Below are positions 36,582 to 48,436 of a DNA stretch of 64,000 nucleotides, one piece after another. Below the pieces are notes generated by a model. The model ran no database searches. It was given only the letters and a program-made list of their open reading frames with translations, and had not been told where the DNA came from. The stretch spans positions 23,962 to 87,961 of the forward strand of contig CALKLQ010000041.1 of NCBI GenBank assembly GCA_937992055.1. The letters are read 5' to 3'. Both the position numbers and the translations under genes were made by a program. Within the stretch, counting starts at the first letter, position 1. Each line of letters opens with the position of its first letter. Origin of the DNA: an uncultured Clostridia bacterium (lineage in GTDB: Bacteria > Bacillota > Clostridia > Christensenellales > UBA1242).

Positions 36582-37850
36582 TTAATCAAAATATTCAAAG
36601 GTAATATCTTTAATGTGAACAACGTCACCATTTTTCAAACCTTTTTCTTTTAATTTTTCTATTACACCATCTTCCTTTAAACGCTTTTGAAAATAAGAAA
36701 AGGAAATATAATCGGAAAGCACTACCCCTCTAGACAGGTTGTCAATATATCCTCCGCTAACTTCAAATTCATTTGATGAAATTTTGACAATTTCCAGACT
36801 AGTTTTGTCTTTTATATCAAAATCAAATAGTTCCACGTCAAGAGGCTTAGGTTTTTCAATTTGTTTAAGTTGTTCCCAAATTCGAGCTTTTAAAGTGTCT
36901 ATATTTAAATTTGTAACTGAGGAAATTTGTAAAACTTTTGTGTTAGTTTTCTTTTCAAATTCTGTTGTTTTTTTAGTTAATTCTTCTTTAGACAAAGAAT
37001 CGCATTTTGACAAAACTACAATCTGTTTTACCTTTGCCAATTTTGAACTATATTTTTCCAACTCTTTGTTGATTGTAAAGTAATCGTTTATAGCACTCCT
37101 TCCTTCACATTCAGAAATATCAATCAAATGCACAAGAAGTCGAACTCTTTCAACATGTTTTAAAAAATAATGCCCCAATCCAGCACCTTCACTTGCGCCC
37201 TCAATAAGTCCTGGAATATCTGCCACTACAAAGGAATGTTCATAAAAATTCACAACGCCTAAGTTTGGATAAAGCGTGGTGAACTGATAATTTGCAATTT
37301 TTGGCCTTGCGTTTGAAATAACCGAAAGAAGGGTAGATTTGCCAGCATTAGGATATCCAATTAAACCTACATCTGCAATCGTTTTAAGTTCTAAAATTAC
37401 CTGTCTTTCCTTTGTAACTTCACCTGTTTGACAAAATTTTGGAGCCTGTCTTGTTGGCGTTGCAAAATGAGTATTGCCTCTTCCACCTGCGCCCCCTCTA
37501 AGTGCTATAAAGGTTTGATTTTCTTCGGTTAAATCTGCAATAACTTTTTCGCTTTCAGCATCATAAATTACGGTACCTAGAGGAACATCAATTATTAAGT
37601 TTTGACCATCTGCACCGCATTTGAACTTTTTCATGCCATTGCCACCGTTTCCGGCAACAAACTTCTTTTTAAACTGAAAAGATTGCAATGTGCTTGAATG
37701 TGGAGATGCCATAAAAATTATATCCCCACCTTTTCCGCCGTCACCACCGTCTGGGCCACCATTCATCGTCATTTTGCTACGATGAAATGATGCACAACCA
37801 CTTCCGCCATCACCAGCCTTAATTGTAATTTTAACTCTATCTAAATACAA
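36582..37850 (-). CDS. obg: GTPase Obg/CgtA
   Basis: 422 aa. Gly-rich Obg fold (GDGGSGCASFHR, GGPDGGDGGKGGDI). G domain GYPNAGKST and DIPGLIEGA. C-terminal OCT domain. Confidence 0.93.
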   Translation of the reverse strand: MYLDRVKITIKAGDGGSGCASFHRSKMTMNGGPDGGDGGKGGDIIFMASPHSSTLQSFQFKKKFVAGNGGNGMKKFKCGADGQNLIIDVPLGTVIYDAESEKVIADLTEENQTFIALRGGAGGRGNTHFATPTRQAPKFCQTGEVTKERQVILELKTIADVGLIGYPNAGKSTLLSVISNARPKIANYQFTTLYPNLGVVNFYEHSFVVADIPGLIEGASEGAGLGHYFLKHVERVRLLVHLIDISECEGRSAINDYFTINKELEKYSSKLAKVKQIVVLSKCDSLSKEELTKKTTEFEKKTNTKVLQISSVTNLNIDTLKARIWEQLKQIEKPKPLDVELFDFDIKDKTSLEIVKISSNEFEVSGGYIDNLSRGVVLSDYISFSYFQKRLKEDGVIEKLKEKGLKNGDVVHIKDITFEYFD

Positions 37851-37865
37851 TTTTCTTCTCCTAAA

Positions 37866-38501
37866 CTAATTTTTGTTTTTATAATAATTGCAAACATTTT
37901 TTAATTTGCAAACCTCGCATTTTGGCTTGATAGCTTTACAATGATATCTTCCAAATAAAACAAGTAGATAATGCATTTGCGACCAATCGCTCTCATCAAA
38001 ATATTCCATTAAATCTTTTTCACACTTAGTAACATTTGTAGATGACGAAATCCCAAGCCTGTTTGACACTCTAAAAACATGGGTATCTACTGCGATTGCA
38101 GGAAAATCGGTCAACTCTGAAAGGACAACGTTTGCCGTTTTTCGCCCAACCCCTCTCAAGGTCATAAGTTCTTCTCTATTCATAGGCACTTGACCGTCAA
38201 ACTTTTGAATTATGTCTAAACTTGTTTGTTTTATAGCTTTTGCCTTGTTTTTATAAAATCCACATGGTTTTATAAGTTGTTCTAAAAGTTCAATCTCCAT
38301 CTCTGCAAAATCGCTGGGCTTATTATATTTTTTATATATTTCTTTTGTAACCAAATTTACACGCTTGTCTGTGCATTGAGCGGACAATATGACTGCTACT
38401 AAAAGTTCAAATGGACTATTATATTTTAATTCGCAACTAGAGTTTGGGAACATTCCCTTTAAATAATTCATTATCTCATTTCTTTTTTCGCTTTTATTCA
38501 T
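37866..38501 (-). CDS. nth: endonuclease III
   Basis: 211 aa. HhH LRGVGRKTANVVL and the C-terminal 4Fe-4S cluster C-x6-C-x2-C-x5-C (CKAIKPKCEVCKLKNVC). Confidence 0.9.
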   Translation of the reverse strand: MNKSEKRNEIMNYLKGMFPNSSCELKYNSPFELLVAVILSAQCTDKRVNLVTKEIYKKYNKPSDFAEMEIELLEQLIKPCGFYKNKAKAIKQTSLDIIQKFDGQVPMNREELMTLRGVGRKTANVVLSELTDFPAIAVDTHVFRVSNRLGISSSTNVTKCEKDLMEYFDESDWSQMHYLLVLFGRYHCKAIKPKCEVCKLKNVCNYYKNKN

Positions 38502-38511
38502 AATTTTACCT

Positions 38512-41223
38512 TTAGTTCAAATAGGTATAAACCTGAAAAAGTTTACCTTTAAAAATTTGTTTTCCTTTGGAAACACGACTGTCATAACCAATTGCTCTCG
38601 AACCTGTTAAAATATATTTATCATCTTTAACCAAAACAATTGCTTCTGGATTTTCGCTGTATCTTGCATATGCTAGTGTTTTTCCACTTTCAACATAACT
38701 TATAATCCTTAGACCTTTTCTATAACGAGCCATTGTGGAATATTCGCTTATAGGAACCTTTTTTGCAAAGCCATTATCTGTAACTACCGTAATTGCGCCA
38801 CGCGTTGTAACGATGGAAGCAAAAATCACCTCATCATTATCATCTAGATTAATACCCATAACACCACCTGCACCTCTGGTTTGGGTAGGAATCTCGCCTG
38901 TTTCAAAATTTAAAGCCATACCATTCTTGCTGACCATTAAAACACCATCATGACTAGCCTCAACCTGAACAGACAAAAGCTCATCACCATCTTTTAAGTT
39001 TATAACATTATAAAATGATTTGACTAAAATGCAATCGACTGAAGCAGTTCGTTTTACATATCCCTTTCGGGTGTAGAAAAGAAGATTTTTGCTTTCTATG
39101 TTTTCATTTTCAATTATGCTAACAACAAATTCTTCATCATCACAAAATTTACAGAACGAGGAAAGTTTTTCACCTTTATCTCTCCATTTTGCTTCAGGTA
39201 TTTTTTCCGCCATAATTTTAAAGCAATTACCTTTATTGGTAAAAAGTAAAAGTTCTTTACTAGAGATAGTTTTTAAAATTATAGTATGAACATCACTTAA
39301 AGAGGAAACAACATCTTTTTGAGCTAATGAGTAGTTTTTAATAGGAATTTGCTTCAAACAACCATTAGCGTTAAGTGCAATAACTACCTCTCTTTCAAAC
39401 GCAATATGTTGAGGAACCACTTCTTCAACTGTAACATCTTCAATAGAGGTAATTTTAGTTCTTCTAGGATTTTTGTATTGTTTTTTAATGGCAAGCAACC
39501 TATCCTTAACCTCATTGTATTGAAGTTTTTTAGAATTTAAAATATTTGTCAGCTTTTCTATAAGTTCTTTTAATGCTTTAAGTTCCTCTTCCAACTTCAT
39601 TATTTCTAGATTAACCAATCTTGCCAGACGCATATCTAAAATAGCTTGAGCTTGTCTTTCTGACAAATAAAACTTTTCACGTAAAGCTTGTTTCGCAGCT
39701 ATAACAGTTGGAGATTTTTTAATTATCTTTATTACTTCATCAATGTTTTTAATGGCAATCAAAAGACCTTCTATAATATGTGCTCTATCTTTTGCAACAT
39801 CAAGGTCATATTTAGTTTTTCTAACAACAATCTCTCTTTGATATTCAACCCAATAATCTATTATCTCCAAAAGTGAAAGTTGTTTAGGTTTTCCGCCTGC
39901 AATGGCAACCATATTAATTCCAACCGTGGTCTGAAGACCGGTTGCTTTGTAAAGATAGTCCAAAATTGCCTTTGCATTTGCCTCTTTTTTAAGTTTAATT
40001 ACAGCTCTTAATCCCTTCCTATCTGACTCATCACGAATTTCAGAAATAACCGCAAGCTTGTCTTTATTTTGTTCTTTAAGTTCCACAATTTTTTGAAGAA
40101 GAGCCGCCTTATTGGTTTGATAAGGAACTTCAGAGATTACCAACTGCTGTTTATCTCCGTCATTTTCTATATCCACTTTTGCCCTTAAGGTAACCTTTCC
40201 TTTTCCAGTTTTATAGGCATTTAATAGTTCGTCACCAACAAGCATAACTCCACCCGTTGGAAAATCGGGTCCTTTTATTATTTTCATCATTTCTTCAAGA
40301 GTTATTTTTTTATTAGCAATAAAAGCAAGGGTCCCATCAATAACTTCGCCTAGGTTGTGTGGAGGAATGTTGGTAGCAACACCAACTGCAATTCCAGATG
40401 TACCATTAATTAAAAGATTAGGAAATCCACCAGGAAGCATGTCTGGTTCTTTTAAAGTGTCATCAAAGTTGAAGGACCAATGCACTGTATTTTTTTCTAA
40501 ATCTTTTAATAGTTCCATTGCAAGTGGTGTCAATTTAGCTTCGGTATATCTCATAGCTGCGGCGCTATCACCATCAATAGACCCAAAATTTCCATGCCCT
40601 AATACTAAAGGTTCTCTTAAAGAAAAGTCTTGTGCCATTCTAACCATAGCATCATAAACAGAAGAATCACCATGAGGGTGATATTTACCCATACAATCAC
40701 CAACAATTCTTGCAGACTTACGAAATTGTTTGTCAGGTGTAACGCCTAATTCTAACATGGAATATAAAATTCTTCTTTGAACCGGTTTAAGACCATCTTC
40801 AACCCTTGGAAGTGCTCTGTCCATAACAACATGTTCGGTGTAAGGAATCATGGATTCGTGCAAAACCTCGTCCAAAGATTTATAAATCGTTTGGTCCTCA
40901 GTTAAATCCATTTTTTCTTGTTTGATTTGTTTTTTCACTTTTTTCTCTCTCAAATTTTGATTTTGTTTTGGTATGTGTTTTTCCAAAGAAGCTTCTAATT
41001 GTTCAAATTCTTCTTGCATTGAAGTTTTAGCTTCAATTCTTCTTTGTTTAACCACCTGTTCAATAGACGAGAAGTCCATTTGTCCATTTAAAATAACATT
41101 TTTTGGAGTTTCCTCTTGTGTTACTTTATTTGCATTCATTTCTGCCAGCATCTCATCATAAGCAATTTGACCAGCAATAACTTCATCATCTCTTTCTAAA
41201 TTTTCTTTTTCATCTCCTTCCAC
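38512..41223 (-). CDS. parC: type IIA topoisomerase subunit A, ParC-like, with ~104 aa N-terminal extension
   Basis: 903 aa. [22 protein letters not shown], active-site [23 protein letters not shown]. No GyrA-box (QxRGGxG) at the first C-terminal blade, hence ParC-like. The gyrA alternative is not excluded. Confidence 0.6.
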   Translation of the reverse strand: MEGDEKENLERDDEVIAGQIAYDEMLAEMNANKVTQEETPKNVILNGQMDFSSIEQVVKQRRIEAKTSMQEEFEQLEASLEKHIPKQNQNLREKKVKKQIKQEKMDLTEDQTIYKSLDEVLHESMIPYTEHVVMDRALPRVEDGLKPVQRRILYSMLELGVTPDKQFRKSARIVGDCMGKYHPHGDSSVYDAMVRMAQDFSLREPLVLGHGNFGSIDGDSAAAMRYTEAKLTPLAMELLKDLEKNTVHWSFNFDDTLKEPDMLPGGFPNLLINGTSGIAVGVATNIPPHNLGEVIDGTLAFIANKKITLEEMMKIIKGPDFPTGGVMLVGDELLNAYKTGKGKVTLRAKVDIENDGDKQQLVISEVPYQTNKAALLQKIVELKEQNKDKLAVISEIRDESDRKGLRAVIKLKKEANAKAILDYLYKATGLQTTVGINMVAIAGGKPKQLSLLEIIDYWVEYQREIVVRKTKYDLDVAKDRAHIIEGLLIAIKNIDEVIKIIKKSPTVIAAKQALREKFYLSERQAQAILDMRLARLVNLEIMKLEEELKALKELIEKLTNILNSKKLQYNEVKDRLLAIKKQYKNPRRTKITSIEDVTVEEVVPQHIAFEREVVIALNANGCLKQIPIKNYSLAQKDVVSSLSDVHTIILKTISSKELLLFTNKGNCFKIMAEKIPEAKWRDKGEKLSSFCKFCDDEEFVVSIIENENIESKNLLFYTRKGYVKRTASVDCILVKSFYNVINLKDGDELLSVQVEASHDGVLMVSKNGMALNFETGEIPTQTRGAGGVMGINLDDNDEVIFASIVTTRGAITVVTDNGFAKKVPISEYSTMARYRKGLRIISYVESGKTLAYARYSENPEAIVLVKDDKYILTGSRAIGYDSRVSKGKQIFKGKLFQVYTYLN

Positions 41224-41237
41224 TTTATCCTCGCAGT

Positions 41238-43187
41238 TTAACCTTTTAATTCATCAAATAAAGATTCATCTTTATTAAAGTTGGCATGTTCAGAAATATA
41301 CGCCTTTCTTGCCTCAATATTATCTCCCATAAGGGTTGTAATCATTTTCTCCGCTTCTGCCGCATCATCAATGCCAACCCTTACCAAGGTTCGTTTGTCG
41401 GGATTCATGGTTGTATCCCAAAGTTGTTCTGGATTCATCTCACCCAGACCTTTATATCTCTGAATTTGATAACCCTTACCCACCCGTTTTATTGCTTCTG
41501 GCAACTCAGCATCTGAATAAACATACTCTTCAACATCTCTTTTAAAAACTTTATAAAGTGGAGGCAACCCAATATAAACATGACCATCTGTGATAAGTTT
41601 TTTCATGTATCTAAAGAAAAATGTTAATAAAATTGCCCTAATATGCGCACCATCTTGGTCAGCATCTGACAAAATTATAACCTTGTGATATCTCAAACTT
41701 GAAATGTCAAAGTCCTCGCCTAAGCCTGTTTCAAGTGCACTAATTATTGTCCTGATTTCTTCATTTGCAAGAACCTGGTCAATTCGTTTCTTTTCCGCAT
41801 TAAGAGGTTTTCCTTTTAATGGCAAAATTGCCTGAATGCTTCTGTCTCTGCCCATTTTAGCACTTCCACCCGCGCTATCACCCTCTACTATAAAAAGTTC
41901 ACACTGTTCCTTTTTTCTGCTGGTACATGCGGACAATTTTCCAACCAAATTGTAATTGTCAACAGAATTTTTTGCTCTAGCAAGTTCTTTTGCCTTTCTT
42001 GCACTCTCTCTAACCTTGGCAGCAGCTTTAGCTTTATTAATGATTATTTCAGCAATTTTTTCATTTTCTTGAGATTTTAAAAATTTTGTGAGCTCTTTTG
42101 TTACAATTGCTTCAACCTCTACTCTCGCCTCGGGGTTTCCTAATTTGGTTTTTGTTTGGCCTTCAAATTGAACGTTACGCATTTTAATTGCCAAAACAAC
42201 GGTAATTCCCTCACGAAAATCTTCACCCATAAAGTTTTGTTCTTTTTCTTTTAACAAAGAGTTGGAACGAGCATATTCATTAAAAACCTTTGTCCATGCA
42301 GTTCTAAATCCCGTTTCATGCGTTCCACCTTCGGTTGTTGGAATATTATTTACATATGAAAAACTATTTTCGGTATACGAATCAGTATACTGAATGGATG
42401 CTTCTAATTTAACTAGATTGCTCTCACCTTCTAAATGGATAGGAGGATTAAAGAGCTTGTTTTTTCCCTCGTTTAAATATAACGTGAAATCTTTTAAACC
42501 ACCTTCATAACAAAAAGTATCATTTTGTTTTGAGCGTTTATCACAAAGCTCAATCATGATACCTTTATTTAAAAAAGCTAATTCTCTTGCACGTTTAGCG
42601 ATAATATCGTAATTAAAAGTAAGGTCTTTAAAAACCCTTATGTCAGGCATAAAGGTTACAGAAGTACCCGTTTTATTACTTTCTCCAACTAATGTCAAAG
42701 GCTTTAAGGCAACCCCGGAATGCATTTTGCCATTTTCATCTGCAAAAGAAGCAAAATCCATACTATATTTTTTTCCGTTTTTACAAACTGTAACTTGAAG
42801 CCATTCTGAAAGTGCATTAGTAACAGAGGCTCCCACTCCATGAAGTCCTCCAGAGTAACCATAATTGTCATTATTAAATTTTCCACCAGCATGAAGCTGG
42901 GTAAAAACCACCTCCACACCACTCTTTTTAAGCGTTGGATGTAAATCAACTGGAATTCCTCTACCATTATCTTCAACTGTTGCACTTCCGTCAGCATTAA
43001 TAGTAATACTTATTTTATTTCCAAAACCATTAGACACCTCATCGATTGAGTTATCAACAATTTCCCACAAAAGATGGTGAAGACCTTTAGAACCAGTTGT
43101 TCCAATATACATTCCAGGTCTAAGTCTAACAGCATCTAAACCTTCTAAAACAACAATATCTTTACTTTCGTAACTATTTCCTGACAT
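41238..43187 (-). CDS. parE: type IIA topoisomerase subunit B (ParE/GyrB)
   Basis: 649 aa. GHKL ATPase [17 protein letters not shown] and [14 protein letters not shown]. Toprim [23 protein letters not shown]. Called parE only because of its ParC-like partner. Confidence 0.55.
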   Translation of the reverse strand: MSGNSYESKDIVVLEGLDAVRLRPGMYIGTTGSKGLHHLLWEIVDNSIDEVSNGFGNKISITINADGSATVEDNGRGIPVDLHPTLKKSGVEVVFTQLHAGGKFNNDNYGYSGGLHGVGASVTNALSEWLQVTVCKNGKKYSMDFASFADENGKMHSGVALKPLTLVGESNKTGTSVTFMPDIRVFKDLTFNYDIIAKRARELAFLNKGIMIELCDKRSKQNDTFCYEGGLKDFTLYLNEGKNKLFNPPIHLEGESNLVKLEASIQYTDSYTENSFSYVNNIPTTEGGTHETGFRTAWTKVFNEYARSNSLLKEKEQNFMGEDFREGITVVLAIKMRNVQFEGQTKTKLGNPEARVEVEAIVTKELTKFLKSQENEKIAEIIINKAKAAAKVRESARKAKELARAKNSVDNYNLVGKLSACTSRKKEQCELFIVEGDSAGGSAKMGRDRSIQAILPLKGKPLNAEKKRIDQVLANEEIRTIISALETGLGEDFDISSLRYHKVIILSDADQDGAHIRAILLTFFFRYMKKLITDGHVYIGLPPLYKVFKRDVEEYVYSDAELPEAIKRVGKGYQIQRYKGLGEMNPEQLWDTTMNPDKRTLVRVGIDDAAEAEKMITTLMGDNIEARKAYISEHANFNKDESLFDELKG

Positions 43188-43233
43188 TTTTCTCTCCGTA
43201 AATTAAATTATACCACAAAAAACTATTTAAAAA

Positions 43234-43914
43234 TCAATAATTTTCTCCCTTCAGATTTAAGCATGCAACTTTTTTATCATCGCTATTATAAACGTAACTT
43301 CCGCTCACAACAATATCCGCTCCTTTATCAAACAACTTTTCCGCGATTTCTGGAACAATCCCACCATCTATTTCTATTAAAAATTTTAAATTATTTTGTA
43401 TCCTAAAATTATTTAGTTTTTCAACCTTTTCATAAGTTTCAGATAAAAAGTTCTGACCGCTTTTCCCAGGCTTAACACTCATTATTAAAATCAAATCAAA
43501 ATACCTAGCCAATTCAAGTATTTTTTCAAAAGGTGTTTCAGGCTTAAAACTAAGACCAGCCAAAGCCCCTTTTTCTTGAATTTGTTTTACAACTTTTAAT
43601 AATCGTCTTTCACTTTTGAAACTTTCATAATGAATTGTTAAAATATTTGCTCCAGCTTCCACATAATCTGAATATTTATTTTTTAAATCCATAGTCATCA
43701 AATGTACATCCAACATTAAAAGTGAATGAGCGTTTATTTTTTTTATAGTTTCAAGCGAAAGTAAGTCCCTTCCTACAAACTTTTCATCCATAACATCGCA
43801 ATGTAAAAAGTCACAAGTATCACTTAAAAGGTTGGCATATTCCAAAAGCTCCCCAAAGTTTTTAATTGGTTCAGTAGAAACTGAAATCATTTTTTTAGCC
43901 ATGATTTTTAACAA
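43234..43914 (-). CDS. rpe: ribulose-phosphate 3-epimerase
   Basis: 226 aa. FLHCDVMDEKFV, LDVHLM, MSVKPGKSGQNF and EIDGGI blocks. The true start may be an internal Met (MAKK or MISV). Confidence 0.8.
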   Translation of the reverse strand: MLKIMAKKMISVSTEPIKNFGELLEYANLLSDTCDFLHCDVMDEKFVGRDLLSLETIKKINAHSLLMLDVHLMTMDLKNKYSDYVEAGANILTIHYESFKSERRLLKVVKQIQEKGALAGLSFKPETPFEKILELARYFDLILIMSVKPGKSGQNFLSETYEKVEKLNNFRIQNNLKFLIEIDGGIVPEIAEKLFDKGADIVVSGSYVYNSDDKKVACLNLKGENY

Positions 43915-44764
43915 ATTCCTCCTTCAAAGTTTCAAAGATTTCCAAATAGCGTTCATATCTATTTTGGTCTATTTCACCAAGATTAACACTTTTTTTAACA
44001 CCACATTCTTCAACACTTTCTTTTGTGTGGGTGCAAGATTTATATTTGCATCCAACATGCGAAGCTAAAAAGTCGGGATAATAGTAACATAATTCAAAAT
44101 AATTAACTGGTAAAAACTTTTCGCTAAGACTTGAAAATCCTGCGGTATCTGCAATAAAAGTATTTTTTTCTAACTTGTAAAGTTTGGCACTTCTTGTAGT
44201 GTTTTTGCCTCTCTGAATTTTTTTAGATAGTTCGCCTTCAAGAGTAATATTAGAATTATAAATTTTGTTGATCAAAGCTGATTTTCCCACTGCAGATTGC
44301 CCTGCAAAAGCGCATATATGCCCCTTCATTTGATTGTGTAAATTTTCTAGATTATCACTTGTTTTGGCTGACAAAAATAAAAGTGGACAAACATTCTTAT
44401 AAATTTTTTCAACATTTTTCAAAAAAGCATTGTCCGAGATGTCGATTTTATTGATACATAAAACAGGCTTCACTCCGTAAGCCAAAGAAAACAAAATTAA
44501 CTTGTCCACTATTTTAAAATCTGGCTTAGGTGTTTGTGCGATAACAATAAAAAGTTTTTCTAAGTTTGCAATTGATGGGCGCAAAAACAAGTTTTTTCTT
44601 GGATAAATCTTTTCTATAATTTTCAAATTTTCATCATACTCAACAAAATCACCAACGTAAATGCCCTGCTCTTTTAAATTTTTACGTGCTAAAGAGGCTT
44701 GTTTATTGCCATTGCATTCAAGCTCAAACATATTAGATTTTTTTTCAACTACTAAAGCTTTCAT
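43895..44764 (-). CDS. rsgA: ribosome small-subunit-dependent GTPase A
   Basis: 289 aa. Circularly permuted GTPase order (NKIDI...GQSAVGKSALIN...DTAGF) with a C-terminal Zn knuckle C-x-C-x-H...C. Confidence 0.85.
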   Translation of the reverse strand: MKALVVEKKSNMFELECNGNKQASLARKNLKEQGIYVGDFVEYDENLKIIEKIYPRKNLFLRPSIANLEKLFIVIAQTPKPDFKIVDKLILFSLAYGVKPVLCINKIDISDNAFLKNVEKIYKNVCPLLFLSAKTSDNLENLHNQMKGHICAFAGQSAVGKSALINKIYNSNITLEGELSKKIQRGKNTTRSAKLYKLEKNTFIADTAGFSSLSEKFLPVNYFELCYYYPDFLASHVGCKYKSCTHTKESVEECGVKKSVNLGEIDQNRYERYLEIFETLKEEFVKNHG

Positions 44765-45696
44765 TCAACAAACTTTCCTATTTCAAGTTTTTTACCATTC
44801 AAAAATGCCTTAGCGGTCATTATTTTTTTATTTTCTGGTTTAAGCTCCAAAATTTCAACAAAACCATCTTCGCAAGAAAAAACAAGACCTTGTTTTGGGT
44901 TAGCAACAACAAGTTGTCCACAACCTTGATGAGGTATTTCAGCCTCTACTTTTTTTGCTTTATAAACCAAATATTTTTCGCCATCAAACTTAAAATAACA
45001 GGCAGGATTAGGAGAATATGCTCTTATTTTATTACAAATTTTATTAGCTGGCTTTTCAAAATTAATTTTTGAATTTTCCTTTTTAAACATTTTAGTTTTT
45101 GTAGCTAAATCTTCGTTTTGTTTAATATATACCGCCCTGCCACTTTCAATTAAATCAAGAGCTTCAATCAAAAGCTTCCCACCTATGTTAGCACATCTAT
45201 TCATAAGGGTTTCACAATTATCATCTTCTAAAATTTCAAATTCTTGTTGCAATAAAATGTCACCTGTATCAACTCCAGCATCTGTTCGCATGATGGTAAC
45301 TCCAGTCGTTTTTTCTCCACGCAAGAGCGCAGTTTGTATGGGAGATGCTCCTCTGTATTTAGGAAGAAGTGAACCATGTACATTAATAATATTATATTTA
45401 GGAATATCAATAATTTCTTGAGATAAAATCTGTCCAAAACTAGCTGTTACAAAAATATCAGCATTCAAACTTTTTAAAATTTCTACGCCTTCAAATCTTA
45501 TCTTTTCAAATTGATAAACTGGGATACCTTTCTCTATTGCAAAAACTTTAACTTCTGGCATGCATAGTTTATTTCCACGACCACTTGGCTTGTCTGTCGC
45601 ACAAACAACCGCAACAACTTCATGTCGCGAATTTACAAGATGTTCAAGACAAATTTTTCCAAAATGAGGAGTGCCCATAAAAACAATTTTCATCAA
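44761..45696 (-). CDS. fmt: methionyl-tRNA formyltransferase
   Basis: 311 aa. IVFMGTPHF, NVHGSLLPKYRGASPIQ. Confidence 0.9.
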   Translation of the reverse strand: MMKIVFMGTPHFGKICLEHLVNSRHEVVAVVCATDKPSGRGNKLCMPEVKVFAIEKGIPVYQFEKIRFEGVEILKSLNADIFVTASFGQILSQEIIDIPKYNIINVHGSLLPKYRGASPIQTALLRGEKTTGVTIMRTDAGVDTGDILLQQEFEILEDDNCETLMNRCANIGGKLLIEALDLIESGRAVYIKQNEDLATKTKMFKKENSKINFEKPANKICNKIRAYSPNPACYFKFDGEKYLVYKAKKVEAEIPHQGCGQLVVANPKQGLVFSCEDGFVEILELKPENKKIMTAKAFLNGKKLEIGKFVE

Positions 45697-46137
45697 TTAT
45701 TCCTCCGCTTTGTCAATGAATAATATCCCATTTAAATGGTCAACTTCATGACAAATACATCTGGCCAAAAATTTTTCTCCAGTAACCATAAATTCATAGC
45801 CATATCTGTCCTGTGCCTTAACCGTCACTTTATATGGTCTTTTCACTTTTTTGTGCTCGCTACCAACTGAGAGGCAACCCTCTTTTTCAATATCTTCACC
45901 CTCTTCATGAACTATCACAGGATTAACAAGTTCAAGACGCATGTTGTTGACGTGAACAACAACAACCCTTCTTAAAACTCCAACTTGTGGAGCTGCCAGC
46001 CCCATGCCATCATTTGCGAACATGGTTTCCCACATGTCGTCTAATAAATCTTCTAATCCCTCATCAAATTTAACAACAGGCTTAGAAATTTTTCTTAGTG
46101 TTTCATCTCCAACTTTTACTATTCTTCTCAATGCCAT
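45697..46137 (-). CDS. def: peptide deformylase
   Basis: 146 aa. GMGLAAPQVG, EGCLSV, HEVDHLNG. Confidence 0.93.
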   Translation of the reverse strand: MALRRIVKVGDETLRKISKPVVKFDEGLEDLLDDMWETMFANDGMGLAAPQVGVLRRVVVVHVNNMRLELVNPVIVHEEGEDIEKEGCLSVGSEHKKVKRPYKVTVKAQDRYGYEFMVTGEKFLARCICHEVDHLNGILFIDKAEE

Positions 46138-46148
46138 AAAATTACCTC

Positions 46149-48359
46149 TTAACTTAAATTTTGAGGGTTAACCTCAACAAAAATGCTCACATTTGCATGT
46201 GCTGATTCATCACAAATTTTATAAAGTTTAGATAAAATTTGGGACTCACGATTTTTTGAAATTCGCATTAAAATTTGATATCTGTGCTTATTTTTTATTT
46301 TAGAAATAGGAGATTTCATAACAGAAAGATAAATAAAATCTTTTTTAAAATCTTCCTCATTTGAAAGTGCAGAAACTTTGGAATAAGCACTTTTAACAAC
46401 ATCTAACAGAATTTTATCATTTTCAGATGAAAAAAGCAAGCGCACTATTGTTGAAAAAGGCGGAAAATGTGTGGTTTGGCGAAGGTTAATTTCCTTATTA
46501 TAAAAGCCCTCATAATCATAGTTCGCTGAAAATCTATATACATAATGTTTAGGGCAATAAGTTTGAAGCACAACACTGCCCTCACTCTTTTCCCGTCCAG
46601 CCCTACCACTAACCTGTGTAACTAATTGAAAAGTTCTTTCCGCACTCTTATAATCTGAATGAAAAAGACTTTGGTCTGCATCAATTATTCCCACAAAAGT
46701 GACATCTTTAAAATCATGACCTTTGGCAATCATTTGAGTGCCAACCAAAATGGCAGGTTTTGATTTTGAAAACTCACTTAAAATCTTCAGATGACCATTT
46801 TTATTTTTTGTTGTGTCATTATCCATTCTCAAAATTTTTACATCAGGAAAAATTTGATTTAGTCGATCGACAACTTGCTCGGTTCCTACAGCACCTTGTT
46901 TAATAGATTCACTATGACATTGAGGACATACAGTAAGTGCTTTATAATTCTTGCCACAATAGTGACATTTTAATTTATCTTCGTGTTTGTGATATACCAA
47001 AGACACATCACAATCACTACACTTTGCAATATATCCGCACTCTCTACATATCATAAAAGAAGAAAATCCCCTTCTATTAATAAAAAGCATAGCTTGTTTA
47101 TTAGCCTTTATTGTCTTTTGCAACTTACCAAGCAAAGCATTTGAAAAAATGCTAGTATTACCTTGCTGCAATTCCCCTAACATGTCCACTATATTAATTT
47201 CAGGCAATGGTCGATTATTTACCCTTGTAGGAAGTGATACAAGTTCATATTCACCTTTTTTTGCCAAATAAAAATGCTCTATACTAGGAGTTGCACTTGC
47301 TAAAACTAAAGGGCATTTATTAAATTGGCAACGAAATTTGGCAATATCATGAGTTAAATATCTTGGATTTGAGTCACTTTGATAACTTGAATCATGCTCT
47401 TCGTCAATAATTACTATTCCAATATTCTCTATGGGTGCAAAAATAGCCGATCTTGCTCCTATTACAACTTTTGCATTTCCATTTAAAATTCTTGACCACT
47501 CATCAAACTTTTCGCCTGCGGAAAGACCACTATGAAGAATGGCTACATTGTTATCAAATCTGCTTTTCAAGGCAGAAAGCACCACTGGAGTTAAAGAAAT
47601 TTCTGGCACAAGCAAAATAGCAGTTTTTCCATTTTTTAGTACATTTTCAATACATGAAAGATAAACCTCTGTTTTTCCACTGCCAGTCACTCCATGAAGA
47701 AGTATTGTCTTATCTTCAAATAAGCAAATTTTTTCTATTGCCGCCTTTTGATATTTTGTATGTTCCACATTTTTTAATTTTTGTGGCAATACATCTGGAA
47801 TTCTTTCAACTTTTACTTTTTCTTCTAGCAAAATATTATCTTTTTTTAACTTATCTAATGCGCTATGTGTGTACAGCTTCGACAAAACGCTCGTCTTTTC
47901 CCTTTTATTTTCTTTTAAGTATAATATTAAAGAAAAGATATTTTTTGAATTTTTACGAAGCTTGTTTGCATACTCATCAATATCAATGTTTTCATTTAAA
48001 GAAAGATAGGTTGAAAAAAGTTCACCCACCTTATTTGTTCTAAGTTCACTTGGCAAAAACAACCTTAAAATATCAATATATTTCAAATGATATTTTTCCC
48101 GCATGAATTCAACTAATGCCAATCTTTCTTGATTTAGAATCGCAAAATTATCAATTTTTTTTATTATTTTTTTAATATTCCCAGAAAATTTTGCTTCTTC
48201 ATCAATTTTTAAAACATACCCTTCAATCACTCTTGAACCAAAAGGCACCAAAACACGACAACCCAAAACATCATCAGTTTCGGTCTGATATACAAATATT
48301 TTATCAACAGCACTTGATAAAACGTCTACAATCACATGAGCATATAACATTTTTACCAT
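46149..48359 (-). CDS. priA: primosomal replication restart helicase PriA
   Basis: 736 aa. Walker A GVTGSGKTEVY, DEEH box, Cys-rich Zn-binding insert (CRECGYIAKCSDCDVSLVYH...CHYCG...CPQCHS). Confidence 0.92.
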   Translation of the reverse strand: MVKMLYAHVIVDVLSSAVDKIFVYQTETDDVLGCRVLVPFGSRVIEGYVLKIDEEAKFSGNIKKIIKKIDNFAILNQERLALVEFMREKYHLKYIDILRLFLPSELRTNKVGELFSTYLSLNENIDIDEYANKLRKNSKNIFSLILYLKENKREKTSVLSKLYTHSALDKLKKDNILLEEKVKVERIPDVLPQKLKNVEHTKYQKAAIEKICLFEDKTILLHGVTGSGKTEVYLSCIENVLKNGKTAILLVPEISLTPVVLSALKSRFDNNVAILHSGLSAGEKFDEWSRILNGNAKVVIGARSAIFAPIENIGIVIIDEEHDSSYQSDSNPRYLTHDIAKFRCQFNKCPLVLASATPSIEHFYLAKKGEYELVSLPTRVNNRPLPEINIVDMLGELQQGNTSIFSNALLGKLQKTIKANKQAMLFINRRGFSSFMICRECGYIAKCSDCDVSLVYHKHEDKLKCHYCGKNYKALTVCPQCHSESIKQGAVGTEQVVDRLNQIFPDVKILRMDNDTTKNKNGHLKILSEFSKSKPAILVGTQMIAKGHDFKDVTFVGIIDADQSLFHSDYKSAERTFQLVTQVSGRAGREKSEGSVVLQTYCPKHYVYRFSANYDYEGFYNKEINLRQTTHFPPFSTIVRLLFSSENDKILLDVVKSAYSKVSALSNEEDFKKDFIYLSVMKSPISKIKNKHRYQILMRISKNRESQILSKLYKICDESAHANVSIFVEVNPQNLS

Positions 48360-48436
48360 TGTATCCTAATAATTTTAATAAAAAATAACCTGTCAAATAT
48401 GACAGATTATAACATAACTGAAACTAAAAAACAAAA

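Noticed and set aside
38735-41161. Several 60-100 aa + strand ORFs inside parC (similar ones occur inside PFOR, eno, priA, rnr and floA)
   Set aside because: They are antisense to long, motif-verified housekeeping genes, with no RBS or recognisable domains.
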